From positions 112,406,001-112,470,000 of the forward strand of contig OX597814.1 in assembly GCA_951406725.2 (NCBI GenBank): 64,000 nucleotides of DNA, read 5' to 3'. The translations under genes and the position numbers were made by a program. The notes below the pieces were generated by a model. That model saw only the letters and a program-made list of their open reading frames with translations, searched no databases and was not told the origin of the DNA. The first letter of the stretch is position 1. Every line of letters starts with the position of its first letter. This stretch comes from Octopus vulgaris. Taxonomy: Eukaryota. Below are positions 57,515 to 64,000 of the stretch, piece by piece.

Positions 57515-57745
57515 ACTCTTAAACTCAGGCAGAAATAGTCCCGTCAACAATTAATATCCCCAATGAAGGTATCTCAACGAGATTGCACCATGACAATGAA
57601 CAACAATACATATCTTAGCAGCAAATCAGGCAATGGACAGACTGGGCTGGTTTTTGCCCACCGCCTCACCGTATCCGCCATGCAGCATAAATCTGACGGT
57701 GCCTGACTTCCACCTTTTCGGTTCAATGCACGACAACCTTTCAAA
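57515..57745 (+). mobile_element. Decayed mariner transposase remnant
   Basis: LHHDNEQQY...AMDRLGW...PYPPCSINLTVPDFHLFGSM matches LHHDNARPH...LGW...HPPYSPDLAPSDFHLFG. Confidence 0.7.
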
Positions 57746-57877
57746 ATAACGATTTGGTGAGACAGAGGAGAGATAAAAGTTGCTGGTAAGAAGCTACTAC
57801 AACAATGTACAACTGAGCTTTTATTCAGGTTTCTGAGTTGGTTTTAATGATTGCATGAATATATCTTGGCTGTGTGG

Positions 57878-58191
57878 TATTCTTTGTAAGTCTAGTAATT
57901 GTTCTATCGGTCTCTTTTGCCGAACCGTTAAGTTACGAGGACGTAAACATACCAAAATCGCTTGTCAAGCGAAGTTGAGGTGGGGGGACACAGACACATA
58001 AACATAAATATATATATATATATATATAAACAATGGGCTTCTTTCAGTTTCCGTCTACTAAATCTACTCACAAGGCTTTGATCAGCCCAAGGCTATATTA
58101 CAAGACACTTGCCCAAAGTTCCACGCAGTGGGACTGAACCTGGAATCATGTGGTTGGTGAGCAACCTACTTACCACACAGCCACTCCTGCG
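57878..58191 (-). mobile_element. SINE family A, 3'-truncated
   Basis: attctttgtaagtctagta...ttaccacacagccactcctgcg. Confidence 0.88.
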
Positions 58192-58210
58192 TCAATACAC
58201 ACACACACAC

Positions 58211-58254
<44 letters not shown>

Positions 58255-58377
58255 TTCACAATCAAGGAACGGCCATAATAGGCCATTCCCCCACTAGAAA
58301 TAACAGCCAAAGCTTTAACCGCAAAATAACATTAATTCCGTAAACCAGGAGAAAATTAAAAAAACATTTACCCTGTA

Positions 58378-58484
58378 ATTTCTTATACGATGCACCGTTT
58401 CATCTACAGTTTAATGGTAAACTAACCTGATTAAATTAAATCAAGCCAATCTTCCATAGGCCCTTAGATTCCTCAGTAAGAAAT
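58378..58484 (-). ncRNA. Canonical type I hammerhead ribozyme motif
   Basis: atttctta-CTGAGGA-atcta-[loop]-tagat-GAAA-cggtgcatcg-TA-taagaaat. Stem I is 8 bp, stem II 5 bp, stem III self-complementary, and the triplet is GUA. Confidence 0.85.
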
Positions 58485-58731
58485 AGCCAGAACGGAACAG
58501 ATATTTTCACGAGGCATTTCCGTCCCTGCCTCGGCAATATCTGACCTAAAATTTTCAAATCTACGCACTCGCGCCAAATTTATCGGCAGCAAATAAATAT
58601 AAGCCGCCGATTCCATTACGGAATCAACCAGAACATTCATAATTAATCAATATAGGGTGGCAAAAAAAATTTTGTAGAATTTTTTTGCCACCAGCGGCCT
58701 AGTGGGAAAAAAATTAAATAGTCATATTGAT

Positions 58732-58769
<38 letters not shown>

Positions 58770-58789
58770 AGCATATACATATGTATGTG

Positions 58790-59010
58790 TATCTTTGTGT
58801 CTGTGTTTGTTCCACCACCACCACCAAACAACCGGTGTTAGTGTGTTTACGCCCCCAGTAGCTTAGCAGCTCCACAAAAAAAAAAACAACAGCCGATTGA
58901 ATAAGTACAAAGCTTAAAAAGAATAGGTACTGGGGTTAATTTGTTCGATCAAAACTCTTCAAGGCTTTGCCCCAGAGTGGCCGCAGTCTAATGACTGAAA
59001 CAAGTAAAGG
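58790..59010 (+). mobile_element. SINE family A tail half (diverged)
   Basis: tgtgtctgtgtttgt...acaaccggtgttagtgtgtttacg...ggccgcagtctaatgactgaaacaagtaaag. Confidence 0.8.
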
Positions 59011-59047
59011 GTGAAGTATATATATGTATGTGAGTGTGTGTGTGTGT

Positions 59048-59087
<40 letters not shown>

Positions 59088-59484
59088 ATATAGTATTTCT
59101 ATGTACACCTAGTACAGAGCACTGAGAAGTACCGTGTCACCATTTGTGAATCTAATGAATCTAATTTGATTCTTTTGATGAAATCACAGCAAAGTCACCC
59201 GTCTTCCTTGTATAAACCCTACATATGTTACCATATTCAAATGACCCGAATTCACTGGACATTTCGCTAATGCTTCTGTTTGGTTAACGGTTCCTCCACC
59301 TCCCCATAAACTCGTTCTGGTGGTTACAGTCCAAACTTTATTTCGGAGGCCGCTTAAGATGTAATCAAATAATCGGATTTAGTCTTCCGCGCCTTTTTTT
59401 TTTATTGACTTTAGCGCCTGGTTGCAATCCGTTGACTTCTTTGACTTCGCATACATATGCTCTGTAAGGTTATGTATATATATG

Positions 59485-59556
<72 letters not shown>

Positions 59557-59676
59557 GGTGTACTTTTATGTATGTATATTTGTATGTATGTATATATATA
59601 TGTATGTTTGTACGTATGAATGTATGTGTGTATGTGTGTACGTACGCCTGTACATATGTATATGTATATATATATG

Positions 59677-59732
<56 letters not shown>

Positions 59733-59766
59733 CATACATACACACACACACACATATATATATATA

Positions 59767-59815
<49 letters not shown>

Positions 59816-60105
59816 TGTGTGTGTATACACGTACATATACATACACGCTTGCAAGTTTACATGCATATATGTAGCCATATATATACACGCAGAACAAATA
59901 TACAACTCTCTCCATACCTATAGACACGTATACACATACACACACATAAATAGATGCACATATATATACATATATGCACACATATATATACGCACACAGG
60001 CATATACATACACACGTGTGTTTGAGACTGTTTTTATCTGCCACTCATATATATCTCTATATAATTGTATGTTTATATTCATTTCGCTTAGTAGCAACTT
60101 TCATA

Positions 60106-60163
<58 letters not shown>

Positions 60164-60465
60164 CACTTGCATATATAGCCTTATACATACACAAACACCC
60201 ATGCCTCTATACACATGTCTAAACACACATATCCACACGTTTTCAAGTCCTTCACAGCTACACACACGCGCTCTTAATTAACAACGATGCGGCTGCTTTA
60301 TGAATCATTCCTTTATCTCAGAGGTTTCGGTATATCAACTGGAAGAGTTCCTGATCCAATGAAGATTTTTCGGTTTCACTGAACCTCTTTAAATATACCT
60401 AAAACACATAAAAAAAAAAAGAACTCACCAAATATATCAAGTGTTATTTATCTTACTGTTGTTAT

Positions 60466-60792
60466 GGAAGCTCAATGGCCCTGTGGTTAGAGTAGAGGAC
60501 TCGCGGTTTCGATTCCCGGACCAGACGTTGTGAATGTTTATTGAGCGAAAACACCCAAAGCTCCACGAGCTCTGGCAGGGGAAGGTGGCGAACCCTGTTG
60601 TACTTTTTCACTACCACTTTCTCACACCGTTTGTTCCTGTTTCTGTTGTACTTGTATTTTGAAGGGCCAACATTGTCACACTCTGTGACATGCTGAATCT
60701 CCCCGAGAACTACGTTAAGGGTACACGTGTCTGTGGAGTGCTCAGCTACTTGCACGTTAATTTTACGAGCTGGCTGTTCCGTTGATCGGATC
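60466..60792 (+). mobile_element. Chimeric SINE: family-C head with family-D tail
   Basis: The head matches 19055-19200 (caatggccc.gtggttag...ggactcgcgg...ctctggcagggg...ccctg.tgtact). The tail matches the reverse complement of 19685-19845. Confidence 0.85.
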
Positions 60793-60811
60793 CTATTAAC
60801 ATATATATAAT

Positions 60812-61540
60812 ATCACCTTGATCACCTTGACCGACCAGTCTGTCGGGCGTCCATTTGACACCGCTGGTCACAGCACGCTGTCCACTCCTCTCTGGATCGC
60901 GTCTTTCTCATCCAAGTGATCCCAATCGTCCTTCTGAAATCGTAACTCCACCGTCGTGGAGGCCTTCCGGGTGGTCGTTTCCGCTCGCGCGGGTACCACT
61001 CGACAACTGCGCGGGTCCACCGATTATCGGTGAGCCGGGCGACGTGTCCAGCCCATCTAAACTTGATGCGTGTATACTCTGCGATGACATCCTTCACGCC
61101 GGACTTCTTTCTGATGATCTCGCTACTGATGTGATCTCTCAACGAGATACCAAGCATTGACCTTTCCATGGCTCTTTGAGCCGTTACCAGTCTCTGCTCT
61201 TCTCTCTTTGTTGTAGCCCATGTTTTACTACCATATAACATTGCAGGTAGAACTGTACTGTTGATGAGGCTGACGCGGGTGGTTCTGTCCAACCTTCCCT
61301 TGAGCACATCCCTTATGCCATTGAACGCCTTCCATCTGGTTCTTACTTTCTGTGAGATCTCCTTTTCGATATCTCGGCACATATTCACTTCCTGTCCCAG
61401 GTAGACATATTCCTTTACCTCCTCTATTTCATCACTGCCGATCACCATTCGACCTTTTGGTACGTTGTCTGACCGCATGAACTTCGTTTTCATGCGGTTC
61501 ATCTTGAGACCTACTGCAGAGCTTTTGATGACGGAGCTCG
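60812..61540 (-). mobile_element. RTE-clade LINE, 5'-truncated, with an uninterrupted RT C-terminal ORF
   Basis: [12 protein letters not shown]...EEVKEYVYLGQ...VLPAMLYGSKTW...AQRAMERSMLGISLRD...KFRWAGHVARLTDNRWT...WYPRERKRPPGRPPRRW. It ends in a ggtgatcaaggtgat repeat and is flanked by TA-rich tracts. Confidence 0.95.
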
Positions 61541-61598
<58 letters not shown>

Positions 61599-61710
61599 AT
61601 ATATATATACATATATATATAATATATACATATATATATACAAATATATTATATACATACATATGTATATATTTGTATGTGTATATATATATATATAATA
61701 TATATACCCC

Positions 61711-61848
<138 letters not shown>

Positions 61849-61899
61849 AATAGACAAACAGACAGAAGACGTTGAAAATTTAAATTGTTTTGGTAATAA

Positions 61900-62031
61900 C
61901 ACTGTCACGCTGAATCTCCCCGAGAACTACGTTAAGGGTTACACGTGTCTGTGGAGTGCTCAGACACTTGCACGTTAATTTCAGAAGCAGGATGTTCCGT
62001 TGATTGGATCAACTGGAACCCTCGTCGTCGT
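61900..62031 (+). mobile_element. Family-D SINE tail fragment
   Basis: gtcacgctgaatctccccgagaactacgttaaggg...gttccgttgattggatcaactggaaccctcgtcgtcg. Confidence 0.85.
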
Positions 62032-62139
62032 GGGTTCAATAGCTGCATCAGGTAGCATGTTTTGTCCTGGGGCAAGGCATTTCAATTCGCGCTGTTCCTA
62101 TCTGCTCAGTTCTAAATTATTGGATGAAAAGCAAAGTTG

Positions 62140-62232
62140 ACCGCCAAATTTGAGCTCACAACGTAAAGAGCCGGAAAGAATATCGTAAAGATATTTGTTC
62201 GACACTCTTACGATTCTGTCAGTTCAGCGCTT

Positions 62233-62278
<46 letters not shown>

Positions 62279-62490
62279 TGATGATGATGATGACGATTCT
62301 CTCTACTGGAAGCACAAGGCCTGAAATTTAGGGAAAGGATAAAGTCGATGTAATCGACTCCAGTGTTTACTTAATCTATCGATCCCGAAAGGAAGAAGGC
62401 AATGTCAAACTCGGAGGAATTTGAACTCAGAACGTAAAAACGGACGAAATTCTGCTAAGCACTTCGATTATGCCAACCGATAATGATAAT
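62140..62490 (-). mobile_element. SINE family B fragments around (AAT)n
   Basis: cgatcccgaaagga...ggaatttgaactcagaacgtaa...cgaaattctgctaagca. Confidence 0.8.
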
Positions 62491-62510
62491 AATAATAATT
62501 CTGCCAACCG

Positions 62511-62590
<80 letters not shown>

Positions 62591-62736
62591 TGCACTACTA
62601 GGCACCGCACACATCCTACGCAGAACACTTTCCATACAATAACCATCAGAGCATCACAACAAATCACAGTACATACTCAAAGCACACAGAGCTGCGCTCG
62701 GTAGTAAAGTGAAAGCACGCTATAAAAATAAAACTA

Positions 62737-62740
<4 letters not shown>
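62591..62740 (+). mobile_element. R4/Dong-like extreme 3' end between (AAT)n tracts
   Basis: ALLGTAHILRRTLSIQ*, then a short UTR and (AAT)n. Confidence 0.8.
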
Positions 62741-62806
<66 letters not shown>

Positions 62807-62848
62807 GTAGTAGTAGTAGTAGTAGTAATAATAATAATAATAATAATT

Positions 62849-63100
62849 GCGCTCAAAATTGACTAGATAGAATAAAATCCAAGCAGTTAATACGTGGGCG
62901 AAAGCATCACTTCGGTATGGAGCGGGGATTATAACATGACAAAAGAGACAAGTGATGAAAATGGATAATATGACCAGAAAAATGTTCACCATATACGGAC
63001 CCTTCCACCCTAAGAGTGACACCGATAGGCTGTACTTGTCCAGAAGAAAGGGTGAGAGAGGTTCGATCATTTACCAGGACTGTATCGAAGCAGAGGCAAA
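62849..63100 (+). mobile_element. R4/Dong-like RT C-terminal fragment
   Basis: SKLTR*NKIQAVNTWAKASLRYGAGII...DNMTRKMFTIYGPFHPKSDTDRLYLSRRKGERG. Confidence 0.82.
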
Positions 63101-63190
63101 CTTAGGGTGGTATATATAAAATGGCGTGGAGTCACTGTTGAAACACACGAAGGCCGGCATCACATTCACTCACACATACACATGTGTGTG

Positions 63191-63241
<51 letters not shown>

Positions 63242-63242
63242 C

Positions 63243-63332
<90 letters not shown>

Positions 63333-63333
<1 letters not shown>

Positions 63334-63480
63334 ACGACGGGTTTCTTAACATTTTCTGTCTACATATTCCACTCAAGGATTCAGTCGGCCTGAAGTTATA
63401 GTAGAAAGACACTTGCCCAAGGTGCCACGCAATGGGACGGAACGATATGGTCGGGAAGCAAATTTCGTACCATACAGCAG
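63333..63480 (-). mobile_element. SINE family A head half (diverged)
   Basis: acgacgggtttc...gacacttgcccaaggtgccacgcaatgggacggaac. Confidence 0.78.
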
Positions 63481-64000
63481 GTATAAAATTTGAAATCTGC
63501 GTGGTGGATTTTAATTTGCTGCTTCTCAAAGTGAGCGGTACCGTCTTCAGTTTGGAGGAGAAAGCGTGAAAAACTTTTTATAAACACTTGGGAAAAAAGC
63601 CGTAGAAGATAATAGATGCATTTCTACGTTTCTACGTTTCTAGCGTTTAGTATTATAAAACATTTAAATTAAAATATTATGATAAACTGCTTTCACAACG
63701 ACCACAATAGCTACAGCATCAATCATATTAATATACTTTGAAATGCCAAAAGTTGAATGAACAAACCGGCCGCCATATATAATATATATCATATGTAAAT
63801 TGTAAATTATAAACAATAAAAGATATATAATTTTAAAGACATTGTCAATATTTATGAACTTTTCCATACATCCAATAAAGACAGCCACTGCACCTGTGGC
63901 ATTTGATAACGTTTTGAGACCCGTGTGAGCTTACATATGCGCGCATATATGCGGTGTATTTTAATATTTCGGGAATTGTAGCAAAGGGACGTTGACAGAG

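Overview
AT-rich, repeat-saturated animal DNA, intergenic or intronic. The SINE families and microsatellite density resemble an octopus/cephalopod genome; this is my recollection, not a search result. I found no host protein-coding exon, rRNA, intact tRNA or CRISPR array that I can support. Most supplied ORFs are translations of (TA)n, (CA)n, (TATG)n, (TATC)n, (AAT)n or (ATC)n tracts. The window contains: (1) dozens of copies of several tRNA-headed SINE families that share and swap head, core and tail modules; (2) non-LTR retrotransposon fragments: an uninterrupted 5'-truncated RTE, several R4/Dong-like restriction-like-endonuclease (RLE) pieces in (AAT)n tracts, a HERO-like piece and L1/Tx1-like pieces; (3) Penelope-like remnants, including a Neptune-type GIY-YIG fragment; (4) Tc1/mariner and hAT remnants; (5) a near-identical 1.26-kb tandem duplication and several fold-back palindromes bounded by (TA)n. 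The strongest unannotated signal is a dispersed set of type I hammerhead ribozyme (HHR) motifs in short non-coding elements. One at 58378-58484 is fully canonical. Two lie in an element with direct plus inverted repeats at 52.8-53.7 kb. One family carries a variant CUGUUGA core. A SINE at 19.1 kb also shares its ~60-nt 3' tail with the RTE LINE at 60.8 kb.
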